Of a DNA stretch of 64,000 nucleotides, positions 52,119-61,224 are shown piece after piece. The first letter of the stretch is position 1. The number at the start of each line of letters is the position of its first letter. This stretch comes from Myxococcales bacterium. Its GTDB lineage: Bacteria; Myxococcota_A; UBA9160; UBA4427. Location: positions 4,305-68,304 of the forward strand of contig JAAZXM010000011.1 in assembly GCA_014240165.1 (NCBI GenBank), written 5' to 3'. The notes below the pieces were generated by a model. That model did not search any database. It was not told the origin of the DNA and saw nothing but the letters and a program-made list of their open reading frames with translations. The translations under genes were made by a program, and so were the position numbers.

Positions 52119-53950
52119 TCGCGCACCCAATCCGCCAGGGGATAGGCCGCACAGCCGCCGTCCAGCACCGCTTCGTATTCCGCACGCGAAAGGCTCTGGC
52201 TCCGCTCGGCCAGGCTCCGATACACCGCACAGCGCTCCTCGATATCAACGAAGCGCGGATCTTCGGCGATCTGGGCCAGCACGCCCTCCCGGGTCACGGA
52301 GAGCGTCGACATGCGAAGCCCCCCATCGGCCGGCGTATCGAGCAACATCACCTTCAAGCCGTCGGCCCCCGACGGATCCCAGGCCCGCCAACGGGGCAGA
52401 CTTCCGTCTCGCCCGCGACCGGGGTCACCTTGATGCGCGAATTGACCCCAATAGGACATCATCGCCTTGGACAAAGCCTCGGCGGCAGGCAATCGATCCT
52501 CGTCGAAGAAATAGCTGCCGCGCCCGCCGAGATCGAGGCCGCCGAAGACGAAGGGAAGTTCCACCGCATGGCCCGCGCCGACCATCTTCGACAAGTCGGC
52601 GAAGAGCAGCGTTCGCTCCTCGTCCCAATCGAAACGATATGCGAAGACGTGGCCCGGCGTATGGCGAACCATGGCCCGAGCCGGGTCGTCTACTCCGCCG
52701 AGCTTCCACATCCGGCTTGGAAATTCGGTTTCGACCTGGTAGCCGCGCTCGTCGTTGAGCCAGAGGGGGATCCCAAAGAGCCGGGTCACGTGCTCCGTGC
52801 CCATCATGGCAAAGAGTTTGACCTCGTCTCGGTTCGTCCCGAGCATCACCGGCACCCGGGCGAACGCCCCGGCTTCCAGCAGGTCCAAGGTCTCAGCCAG
52901 CGGGATCACGAACCCGTCCTGAATGATCTCAGCAGCCCAGTACATGCCCCCCATTCCCGAACCATCGAAGTGGGTCAGAATTTCGTCCGGGGTCTTGCTG
53001 CGCAAGTAGGTGCTCACCTCGCCGGCCGGCATGGCGGCGAGTGCCTGCTGCGCCTGGGCCCGCTCTGAAGCTCGCCCATCCGCGACGAGAAGATCGACCA
53101 GAAGCTCACGGGAACTGCGCGGATGTCCTGGATCGGGGTCTTCGATGTAGTTTTCCGCCAAGGCTCGGGTCGAACTCATGGGCGTACCGCTCTGGGCGAT
53201 AGCGCCGTGAAAGAGGCCTCGGGCCGGCGGCGCGATCAGTAAACTGAATACGTCCGTCCCCCCCGCCGACTCACCAAAAATCGTCACCCGCGCCGGATCT
53301 CCGCCGAAGACCGCGATCTCGTCGCGCACCCACTCCAGGGCGCGCACCATGTCCAGGGTGGCGTAATTCCCCGACGCATCCGGCGCATTCGTGCCCGGCG
53401 GGCGCAGGGCCGGATGAGAGAACCAGCCGAAAATCCCCAGGCGGTAGTGGATCGTCACCACCACCACCTGCTCCTGGACGGCCAACACGCTGGCATCGTA
53501 GACGTGGGCGCTGCCGATGGAATTGCCTCCGCCGTGAATCCAGAACATCACGGGCAATCCCTTGCCCGGGGGTTCGGCATCTGCCGAATCCGTCCCCGGT
53601 GCGAAGACGTTCAGGTAGAGGCAATCCTCGCTGCCCGTCACCGAGCCCGGTTCGGCATCCGAGCCCATGGGGCCCGCGAATTGGATGCACTCGGAACCGA
53701 AAGTCAGGGCTTCCCTGGGCTCGCTCCAGCCTTCCGGCGGCCGAGGCGCCTTCCAGCGCAACTCGCCCGTAGGGGGCTTTGCAAAGGGAAGGCCGAGCCA
53801 AACATGTGCGCCATTCTCGGCCCGATAACCGACCACCGGGCCCTGCCCCGTGGTACGGGCGGAAGCGGGATCGATCGTGGGCGCGGGCGTCGGCGAAGTG
53901 GCACAGCCCCAAAACAGAAATGCACAGAGGAGGAGAATCCAAGACCGCAT
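52115..53950 (-). CDS. type-B carboxylesterase/lipase, lipoprotein
   Basis: 611 aa from the ATG at 53950 (signal MRSWILLLCAFLFWGC). WLGLPFAKPP, EDCLYLNVFAP, FWIHGGG and the nucleophile block FGESAGG. Confidence 0.85.
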   Translation of the reverse strand: MRSWILLLCAFLFWGCATSPTPAPTIDPASARTTGQGPVVGYRAENGAHVWLGLPFAKPPTGELRWKAPRPPEGWSEPREALTFGSECIQFAGPMGSDAEPGSVTGSEDCLYLNVFAPGTDSADAEPPGKGLPVMFWIHGGGNSIGSAHVYDASVLAVQEQVVVVTIHYRLGIFGWFSHPALRPPGTNAPDASGNYATLDMVRALEWVRDEIAVFGGDPARVTIFGESAGGTDVFSLLIAPPARGLFHGAIAQSGTPMSSTRALAENYIEDPDPGHPRSSRELLVDLLVADGRASERAQAQQALAAMPAGEVSTYLRSKTPDEILTHFDGSGMGGMYWAAEIIQDGFVIPLAETLDLLEAGAFARVPVMLGTNRDEVKLFAMMGTEHVTRLFGIPLWLNDERGYQVETEFPSRMWKLGGVDDPARAMVRHTPGHVFAYRFDWDEERTLLFADLSKMVGAGHAVELPFVFGGLDLGGRGSYFFDEDRLPAAEALSKAMMSYWGQFAHQGDPGRGRDGSLPRWRAWDPSGADGLKVMLLDTPADGGLRMSTLSVTREGVLAQIAEDPRFVDIEERCAVYRSLAERSQSLSRAEYEAVLDGGCAAYPLADWVRD

Positions 53951-53955
53951 GGGAA

Positions 53956-54264
53956 TCAGCCCCTCGAAACCGAGAGCCATTGAAAGGCACTGGACGAACC
54001 CGGCACCTCACCCGAAACGCCGTCCGCATAGGCGAGACTTTCCGAACCCGAAGCTGTCGCGAGAATCGACTTGAAACTCGCGATCCGGCGTTCGGGATCC
54101 TCCCGGCTCAGGCCGTGAAAGACGATCTCCACCGAGGACTTGGTCTCGAGCATATTGATCACCAGGGTCGCCAGGGTAAAGAGCTTGCCGATCCCCTCTA
54201 CGGCTTCCACCGCGAAACGGGGCGTCTCGACCTGGTCCATCTCGATCTTGTATTCGACACGCAT
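53956..54264 (-). CDS. hypothetical 102-aa protein
   Basis: From the ATG at 54264, with AAGGAG SD 6 nt upstream. No signal peptide and no recognised family. Confidence 0.45.
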   Translation of the reverse strand: MRVEYKIEMDQVETPRFAVEAVEGIGKLFTLATLVINMLETKSSVEIVFHGLSREDPERRIASFKSILATASGSESLAYADGVSGEVPGSSSAFQWLSVSRG

Positions 54265-54282
54265 GGGCAACTCCTTGGGGGG

Positions 54283-54318
54283 TTGAGAAAAGAGCAACTC
54301 CGGGCCGCGCGGGCCCGG
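54283..54318 (-). terminator. putative intrinsic terminator after the ABC operon
   Basis: On the minus strand, CCGGGCC-CGCGC-GGCCCGG is followed by AGTTGCTCTTTTCTC. The T-tract ends about 7 nt before the SD of the next gene. Confidence 0.45.
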
Positions 54319-54398
54319 GCGGGGCAGCGGGGCGTGGCGCAGAGTCGCCCCGCGCCCTGCGACTGTCAACCGACTCGGCCCCGAGCGGGGCCCACCGC

Positions 54399-55403
54399 TC
54401 AGTCGCCGCCGGCGGCGGTGCCCGCGGACTCGGCCAGAAAACAGCGTACGCGTCCCTCCGCGAGCGCCACCTCGGGCGGCGCTTCCGTCCGGCACCGCTC
54501 GAGCACCTCCGGGCAACGCGGGTGGAAAGGGCAACCCGGCGGCGGATCCGAGGGCGAAGGCACGTCGCCCAGCACCGGTGGCGCACCTCCGCGCCGATCC
54601 GGATCCACCGAAGGCGCGGCGGCCAGGAGTGCGCGGGTATAGGGGTGCTGCGGGTCCGCAAAAATTCTCTCGGTGGAGCCCGATTCAACGATCCGGCCGA
54701 GGTACATCACCGCCACCCGGTCCGCGAGATAACGAACCACGCCCAGGTCGTGGGTAATGAACAGGTAGGCGATGCCCAATTCCTTCTGCAGATCTCCGAG
54801 CAGGTTCAAAATCTGCGCCTGGATCGATACATCGAGAGCCGAAACCGCCTCGTCGCAGACAATGAGTCGCGGCTCCACCGCCAGGGCCCGGGCGATACAG
54901 ATTCGCTGGCGCTGGCCCCCAGAAAATTCGTGCGGATAACGCCAGATATGGGCGGGGTCGAGTTGAACCCGCTTGAAGAGTTCCTCCACCCGCCGGGTCC
55001 GCTCGGCTTCGTCCGCGCCGATATCGAAACTCCGCATGCCTTCGGCAACGGAATCCCGCACACGCATGCGCGGATTCAAGGAAGCCATGGGATCCTGAAA
55101 AATGATCTGGATCTCGCGTCGATAGGGACGCAGGGCGGCTTCGTCCAAGGCCATCAGGTCGACCCCATCAAAGAGTACCCGGCCCGCCTGGGCGGGGGTC
55201 AGACGCAGAATCGAACGGCCCGCCGTGGTCTTGCCACAACCCGACTCCCCCACCAAAGCCAGGGTTGATCCCGCTGCGACCTCGAATGCCACGTCGGTCA
55301 CCGCCTGGACATGGCCCGTGGTCCGTTGAAAAAGTCCCTGCTTGATGGGGAACCACGTCCGCAGGCCTTCGACGCGCAGCAGGGGATCGGCGGAAGCGCT
55401 CAC
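54399..55403 (-). CDS. oligopeptide/dipeptide ABC transporter ATP-binding protein (OppF/DppF-like)
   Basis: 334 aa from the GTG at 55403, in a GTGA overlap with the upstream stop. Walker A GESGCGKTT, signature FSGGQRQR, and the C-terminal oligopeptide-type extension HPYTRALL. Confidence 0.85.
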   Translation of the reverse strand: MSASADPLLRVEGLRTWFPIKQGLFQRTTGHVQAVTDVAFEVAAGSTLALVGESGCGKTTAGRSILRLTPAQAGRVLFDGVDLMALDEAALRPYRREIQIIFQDPMASLNPRMRVRDSVAEGMRSFDIGADEAERTRRVEELFKRVQLDPAHIWRYPHEFSGGQRQRICIARALAVEPRLIVCDEAVSALDVSIQAQILNLLGDLQKELGIAYLFITHDLGVVRYLADRVAVMYLGRIVESGSTERIFADPQHPYTRALLAAAPSVDPDRRGGAPPVLGDVPSPSDPPPGCPFHPRCPEVLERCRTEAPPEVALAEGRVRCFLAESAGTAAGGD

Positions 55404-56389
55404 TCGGCGTCTCCTTCCAAGCGCCCCTGGGCAACGGCATGACACGCCACCCCGTGCCCCTCCCCGACCGGGGTTGCCCCGGGCACCTCGGCCTCGCAAG
55501 GCTCGAAACAATGGCGGCAGCGCGAGGCAAAACGACAGCCCGGGCTCCAATCCTCGGGCGAGGGAACCACCCCGGCGATCTCGGGCAACCGCTCCCCGGG
55601 CGCCGCAAGCACGGGGTTCGAGCGCAAAAGACCCCGGGTATAGGGGTGCGTGGCGTGGCGGAAAATATCCACCCGGCTTCCCGTTTCCACGATACGGCCG
55701 GCGTACATCACCGCGACCCGATCCGAGAGTTCGTTCACGATGCCCAGGTCGTGGGTAATGAGAAGGATCGACATCCCTCGGCTGCGCTGCAATTCCTGCA
55801 ATAGCCGCACGATCTGGGCCTGGATGGTGACGTCCAGGGCCGTGGTGGGTTCGTCGGCGATGAGTAGATCGGGGCGGGTGGACAGCGCCATGGCGATCAT
55901 CACCCTCTGTTTCAGCCCCCCGGAGAGTTGATGGGGATAGACATCGAGCCGCGCCTGGGGATCCGGAATGCCCACCTCGGCAAAGAGTTCGAGGCAGCGC
56001 TCTCGGGCCTGGGCCCGGGAAACGGGCTCATGGAGCCGAATCGCTTCCACCACCTGTTCGCCCACACGCACCACGGGGTTCAGGCTTGTCATGGGTTCCT
56101 GGAAGATCATCGCCATGCGGCTGCCCCGCACGGCGCGCATTTCCGTCACCCGGAGTTCGAGCAGGTCGCGCCCATCCAGCAGGACCCGCCCCGCTTCGAT
56201 ACGACCCGGCTTGGGGACAAGGCGCATCAGGGAAAGGGCCGTCATCGACTTGCCGCAACCCGATTCGCCCACCAGGGCCAAGACCTCGCCCCGCTCCATG
56301 GAAAGATGGGTTCCGTCGACGATGGGCAAAGGGCCCCGGGTGCCCGGAAAGCACGTGGTCAGGCCTTCCACTTCGAGCAGAGGACTCAT
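55400..56389 (-). CDS. oligopeptide/dipeptide ABC transporter ATP-binding protein (OppD/DppD-like)
   Basis: 329 aa from the ATG at 56389 (ATGA overlap). GESGCGKSMT, LSGGLKQR, HPYTRGLL. Confidence 0.85.
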   Translation of the reverse strand: MSPLLEVEGLTTCFPGTRGPLPIVDGTHLSMERGEVLALVGESGCGKSMTALSLMRLVPKPGRIEAGRVLLDGRDLLELRVTEMRAVRGSRMAMIFQEPMTSLNPVVRVGEQVVEAIRLHEPVSRAQARERCLELFAEVGIPDPQARLDVYPHQLSGGLKQRVMIAMALSTRPDLLIADEPTTALDVTIQAQIVRLLQELQRSRGMSILLITHDLGIVNELSDRVAVMYAGRIVETGSRVDIFRHATHPYTRGLLRSNPVLAAPGERLPEIAGVVPSPEDWSPGCRFASRCRHCFEPCEAEVPGATPVGEGHGVACHAVAQGRLEGDAE

Positions 56390-57408
56390 TCCGCCTCCCG
56401 AACCGTGCGCGGATCCAACGTATCGCGCAGGGCGTCGCCCACGAAATTCACCGCCAGGATCAGCCCGAAGAGCGCGCCTCCGGCGGCGGCCACGTTCCAC
56501 CAGACCACCGGGTCGCGCGAAAGTTCGTTGCGTGCCTGGTCGATCATCTGGCCCCAACTGCCGTCCACCCCGATGCCGAGCCAGGAGAGAATCGCTTCGG
56601 AGAGTACGAGGCCCGAAAACATCAGCACGAAGGTGATGATCACCAGATGCATGAGGTTCGGCAGGATATGGCGCAGCAGGATACGGCCCTGGGACACGCC
56701 CAATGCCCGGGCCGCCGATACATATTCGAGTTCGCGCAGCTTGAGGGTCTCGCCCCGGGAAACCCGGCAGAAGCCCACCCACCCCGTCACCGCCAGGGCG
56801 AAACAAATGGCCAGGGTGCTCTTGCCCAGCACCATGATGAGCGCGATCAGGAGCAGGAGCCCCGGCATGGAGGCCAGGGTGGACATCACGAAGAACACCA
56901 CGTCATCGAGACGGCCGCCGAAATAGCCCGCGGGCACGCCGAAGAGCAGCGCCAGGGGAATCGCGAAGAGGCTGGTCAGCCCGCCGATCAGGAGCGCAAC
57001 CCGGGCGCCCTTCAGAGAGAGATAGAGGACATCGCGGCCGATCAGGTCCGTGCCCAGCAGGTGTTGCCCCGGATGCCGCAAGGGCGCCCCACCATAGAAC
57101 TCGGTATCGGCCAGGGGCGCGGAGTAGCTTCTTTCCTGGAAATCCGCGAAGAGTCGGTCGATGACGCTTTGGGCCTGATGCCGCGCCACCGCATCCTGCC
57201 CGCCCTCGAGTCCCCCGACCCAGGCCACACTGTCCAGCAAGGCGATCAGGACGTAGCCCCCGATGACGCAAAGCGCCAGACGACGGCGGCTCCAGATCTC
57301 CGCAAAGGCCGCGGACCACATGCGCGAGCGCCGAGCGGCCAGCACCAGCCCGCACGCCCCGGCGACAAGAATGGCCACCACGCTATTAGAAAGAATATGG
57401 CTTTCCAC
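56386..57408 (-). CDS. ABC transporter permease (OppC/DppC-like)
   Basis: 340 aa with a GTG start. Typical EAA-type loop region ARALGVSQGRILLRHILPN. Confidence 0.85.
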   Translation of the reverse strand: MESHILSNSVVAILVAGACGLVLAARRSRMWSAAFAEIWSRRRLALCVIGGYVLIALLDSVAWVGGLEGGQDAVARHQAQSVIDRLFADFQERSYSAPLADTEFYGGAPLRHPGQHLLGTDLIGRDVLYLSLKGARVALLIGGLTSLFAIPLALLFGVPAGYFGGRLDDVVFFVMSTLASMPGLLLLIALIMVLGKSTLAICFALAVTGWVGFCRVSRGETLKLRELEYVSAARALGVSQGRILLRHILPNLMHLVIITFVLMFSGLVLSEAILSWLGIGVDGSWGQMIDQARNELSRDPVVWWNVAAAGGALFGLILAVNFVGDALRDTLDPRTVREAE

Positions 57409-57416
57409 GCCGCCCC

Positions 57417-58382
57417 CTATTCGAGCCGCACCCGGGGATCCACCAGGCCATAGGAAAGGTCGGTGACGATCTGCCCGAACACGAAAAGAAGTGAACCGAT
57501 ATACACCATGGTGCGGAGCACCGAGAAATCATTGCCCTGAATCGCGTCCACCGTGATGGCCCCCAAGCCGGGAATCCCGAAGAAGGATTCCAGGAGCAGG
57601 GACCCCATGAAGAGAAAGGGGATCGCCAGGATCACCCGGGTCAAAAGCGGGATCAGGGAGTTGCGGAAGACATGGCGCGCCATGATGCGGCCCTCGCCGC
57701 AGCCCTTGGCCCGGGCGGTGCGCACATAGTCGGTATTGCTCTCTTCGAGAAAGACCGTGCGATAGAAACGAACGTCGCCGCCAATCCCCGCCATGATCCC
57801 GACCAGAAGAGGAAGCGCCAGGAAACGGATAATGAGTTGGGGATCGGAATCGAAACCGGAGATCGGAAACCAGTGCAGGATCCGCCCCACCAGGTATTGG
57901 GCCCCGATGATGTAGAGCAGAATCGACACGCTCATGGCGAGCACCGAGATCACCACCCCCAGGCGATCGATATAGGTCTCGCGAAAAAAAGCCACGAGAA
58001 GCGAAAGTGGAATCGCCACCCCCAGCGAAAGAATGAAGAGCGGCAGGGTCAGGGTGAGACTCGGCCCCATGCCCCGGCGAATCCGCTCCACGATGGGCGT
58101 ATCGTCGGCGTCGCTGCGCCCAAAGTCGAAGGTGAGCATCCGGCGGTAATGCTCGAAGAGCATATTCTCGGTCCAGGCCCCGGGGCCGGGAAAGAGCGGC
58201 CGGTCATAGCCGTGATTGGCCTTCCACTGCTCGATCACCGCCGGAGGCACGCGCTCGCCCAATGCCTTGCGCGCCACATCGTCGGGACTGGTCACGGTGA
58301 AGAAGAGCACGAAGAGAAAGAGGAGGACGCCAAAGACCACCCCCACTCCATAGATCACGCGTCGAATCACATAGGCGAGCAT
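57417..58382 (-). CDS. ABC transporter permease (OppB/DppB-like)
   Basis: 321 aa. MLAYVIRRVIYGV N-terminus and YVRTARAKGCGEGRIMARHVFRN. Confidence 0.85.
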   Translation of the reverse strand: MLAYVIRRVIYGVGVVFGVLLFLFVLFFTVTSPDDVARKALGERVPPAVIEQWKANHGYDRPLFPGPGAWTENMLFEHYRRMLTFDFGRSDADDTPIVERIRRGMGPSLTLTLPLFILSLGVAIPLSLLVAFFRETYIDRLGVVISVLAMSVSILLYIIGAQYLVGRILHWFPISGFDSDPQLIIRFLALPLLVGIMAGIGGDVRFYRTVFLEESNTDYVRTARAKGCGEGRIMARHVFRNSLIPLLTRVILAIPFLFMGSLLLESFFGIPGLGAITVDAIQGNDFSVLRTMVYIGSLLFVFGQIVTDLSYGLVDPRVRLE

Positions 58383-60412
58383 TATTGGCGCTCCCTCAAA
58401 AAGGTGAAAACCGCCGGCACCAGGAGCAGCACCGCGAGCGCCCCGGCCACGTAGAGGGGCCAGAGGATCGGTTCATTCCACGCTGCGCGCTGCCGGGCGC
58501 GAAGCTGGGGATCCAGGTCGCGATATTTCGTCATGGGCACCGACATACCGAAGGGCTTCACCCGGGAAAGCCAACCGTGGTAAAGCGAGTAGGCCTCGGA
58601 GTGGGTGAGTTCGATCCACGGACGCTCGTATTCGAGAATCCCGCGCATCTCCTCGATTTCAGCCAATCGCGCGGCATCGTTTGGCCGGGACTTCATCGAG
58701 AGATAGAGCGCGTCGTAACGCGGGTTCGAGAAGTTCGCGGTATTGGGCCCGCCACCTTTCGAGCGCGCCATTTCCGACCAGAGCAGGAAGAGGAAATTCT
58801 CGGGATCCGGGTAGTCGGCGATCCAACCCCACATGAAAATCTGGTAGGCGCCGTTGCGAACCTTTTCCTGGAATTGGTTGTAATTGGTCGCTTCGATGGC
58901 GACATCGATGCCGAGTTGCCGCCATGCCCGGGTAAAGAACTCGAAGCGAAGCCGACCCTGGGCCGAGGTATCCGCAGTATCGAAGGTCAGCCGAAGCGGC
59001 TCTCCCGTCGCCGGGTCAATGCCCCCGGGATAGCCCGCTTCATCGATCAACTGCCGCGCACGCTCGACATCCGCCTCTCGGAAGGGATTGCGGTAATCGG
59101 GGTCGTATCCGTAGAGCCCAGGAGGAAGCGGGGATTGGGCGGGTACGCCACGGCCGTTACTGAAAAGCCGGGTGTATTCCTCGGTATCCACCACCAGGCT
59201 CATGGCCTGCCGGAGCCTGCGGCTGGCCTCGCCCCCGGACGCGCCCACGACGGGGTCTTCCATATTGAACCCGATATAGAAGACCGAGGGCTCGACACTC
59301 TTCTCCAGGGCGATCCCCGTGGCCTCCATCTCCTCGGAAAGCCCCCCTTCGTGGATCACCTTGTCGAAACTCTCCTTGATGATGCCCGCCGCGTCGTAAT
59401 AACCCTGGAGAAATTTATTGAAATAGGGGATGGCTTCCTTTTCGCGGCGAAACTCGACGCGTTCGATGAAGGGCAACGGCTGGCCCACCAGCGCCGGATC
59501 GAGTCGCCCCGCCTCGAGATCACCCGGCTCCCCGGTCTCGGGATAGATCGCACCCGGGGCGCGCCATTCGGGGTGACGCACCCCGTACCAATTCGGATTC
59601 GCCTCGAGAATGATGCGCGCGTGCTTGTCATATTCCTTCAAGACATAGGGCCCGGATCCCACGGGATGATCGGCGAAACGCGGACGCCCCTCTTCGCCGT
59701 CGTAGTAGGCGACCGCCTCCCAAGGCACGGGCGCGGTAAAGGGCATGGCGAACCAGTAGAGAATCTGGGGATAACGGCTGGAGACGTCGACCTCGAGACC
59801 ATAGCGGCCCTCGGTCCGCACACCCTCAATCGGGCCCACGGCGGCGTATTGCTCGACGATCGGGCGCGCGCCGAAATCCGCATCGGCGTCCCGCGCCTCG
59901 ACGAGCCGGCGAGAAAAGTCGGCGAAGCCGCGGATATTCGACATGGGTTCAGCCACGGGACTGTTGACCGCGGGGTCGGCCAGCCGCATCAACTCGAAGG
60001 CGATATCCGCGGTCACCACCTCCCGGGTGACTCGCCCCTCCTCGTCCAGGGAAAAACACGGATCCGCCTGGTAGAGAAGATCCTGGCGCAATTCGAAGCG
60101 GTAGCGGGTCCAGTCGGCGTCGAGTGGCTCCTGGACGGGCAATCGGTCCGCCAGGCCGGGGATCAAAACATAGGGCCGCTTCAGGTAGTGGTATTCCAGC
60201 AGCGTCTCGTAGACTTCTCCCGTGATCGCATGGGCCGACGTGGTGTAGGCCACCGCCGGATCCAGGGTTCGCGGGGCTTCGCGATAACTCGTGTAGAGAA
60301 TTTTGCGCGCATCGTCGGCTTCGCTGTAGGGATTGTTCGTGCAGCCCGGCAGCAGCAGCACGATCCCCCAAAGCGCCCGCAACCCTTTCCTCCGCCCGAC
60401 CTCACGCATCAC
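58382..60412 (-). CDS. family-5 (peptide/nickel type) substrate-binding protein with lipobox and C-terminal TM helix
   Basis: 676 aa. Lipobox LLLPGC. SBP_bac_5-like body. C-terminus ILWPLYVAGALAVLLLVPAVFTFLRERQ. Confidence 0.8.
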   Translation of the reverse strand: MMREVGRRKGLRALWGIVLLLPGCTNNPYSEADDARKILYTSYREAPRTLDPAVAYTTSAHAITGEVYETLLEYHYLKRPYVLIPGLADRLPVQEPLDADWTRYRFELRQDLLYQADPCFSLDEEGRVTREVVTADIAFELMRLADPAVNSPVAEPMSNIRGFADFSRRLVEARDADADFGARPIVEQYAAVGPIEGVRTEGRYGLEVDVSSRYPQILYWFAMPFTAPVPWEAVAYYDGEEGRPRFADHPVGSGPYVLKEYDKHARIILEANPNWYGVRHPEWRAPGAIYPETGEPGDLEAGRLDPALVGQPLPFIERVEFRREKEAIPYFNKFLQGYYDAAGIIKESFDKVIHEGGLSEEMEATGIALEKSVEPSVFYIGFNMEDPVVGASGGEASRRLRQAMSLVVDTEEYTRLFSNGRGVPAQSPLPPGLYGYDPDYRNPFREADVERARQLIDEAGYPGGIDPATGEPLRLTFDTADTSAQGRLRFEFFTRAWRQLGIDVAIEATNYNQFQEKVRNGAYQIFMWGWIADYPDPENFLFLLWSEMARSKGGGPNTANFSNPRYDALYLSMKSRPNDAARLAEIEEMRGILEYERPWIELTHSEAYSLYHGWLSRVKPFGMSVPMTKYRDLDPQLRARQRAAWNEPILWPLYVAGALAVLLLVPAVFTFLRERQ

Positions 60413-61224
60413 TGTGCTGCCTTTTTCGGTGCATCCGCCCCTCGACCGTGAAGCTGAAGCCTGAAAAGATCATCGGGGAGTTCCGCCACGAGGTCGACTT
60501 GTTGGAAGTCCAGCTTCGCGCGTCCATCCACTCGGGGAAAGTCCAGTAGGACCTGAAAGGCGAATTCGCCGGGAAGGCTTTCGGGAGACGAAACCGGCCG
60601 GTAATCCCTGAAGCGCGCGCTCCAGATGCGCGCCCCCGCCCTATCCAGGCGTTCCAACTCCGCCAGGCGCCCCTGGGCGTCGAAGACGTAGCGCTCTCTG
60701 ACCTGGCCGCTCCCATCCACGCGGGTAAAGCCCAAATCGCCATCCCCTCGCGACCAGGCCCCCGCCACCGCAAGCCCGGGAAGCGGCCGGGGCATGCCCA
60801 GCAGGAGATTCACTGCTTCTTCGGGCGCGAGATCCACCCGCGCCACCCGCCAGAGCAGGTCGGGCGAAAGAATCCCCTCGCGCAGTTCACTCGCCCCCGA
60901 CTCGTAGAGTTGATAGTGCTCGCCGCGAGCGACGAGAATCGCCGCCACCTGGCCGAAGAGCCCCAGCACCTCCACCCGAAGCCGACCCGGGCGCGCCACC
61001 GCCAAGCGTTGGGGCCTTCGAAGCGTGAGGTCGGGCGCCTCGATGGCGACCCGGGCGCGGGCCCGAAGCGCTGCCGGAGGCTGACTCCGCTCGGCCAGGA
61101 CCGCCAACCATTGCTCGGGACGAGGATCCGCAGCGGCCAGGGGACTCGGGGCCAGCGGCGTCCGGCAGCCGACCCCCCAGCCCATCGCCGAGAGAAGCAC
61201 CCCGAGCGCAACCGCCCGCTTCAC
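60409..61224 (-). CDS. LolB-like / DUF4292-like outer-membrane lipoprotein
   Basis: 271 aa with a GTG start in a GTGA overlap. Lipobox GVGC. The beta-rich pattern (RLRVEVLGLFGQVAAILVARGEHYQLY) resembles LolB-fold proteins. Confidence 0.5.
   Translation of the reverse strand: MKRAVALGVLLSAMGWGVGCRTPLAPSPLAAADPRPEQWLAVLAERSQPPAALRARARVAIEAPDLTLRRPQRLAVARPGRLRVEVLGLFGQVAAILVARGEHYQLYESGASELREGILSPDLLWRVARVDLAPEEAVNLLLGMPRPLPGLAVAGAWSRGDGDLGFTRVDGSGQVRERYVFDAQGRLAELERLDRAGARIWSARFRDYRPVSSPESLPGEFAFQVLLDFPRVDGRAKLDFQQVDLVAELPDDLFRLQLHGRGADAPKKAAQ

Noticed and set aside
51787-52758. A 323-aa plus-strand ORF and other R/P-rich ORFs overlapping the carboxylesterase gene and the 51704-52115 region.
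   Set aside because: It is antisense to a strongly supported esterase gene and its translation is proline/arginine-rich low complexity.
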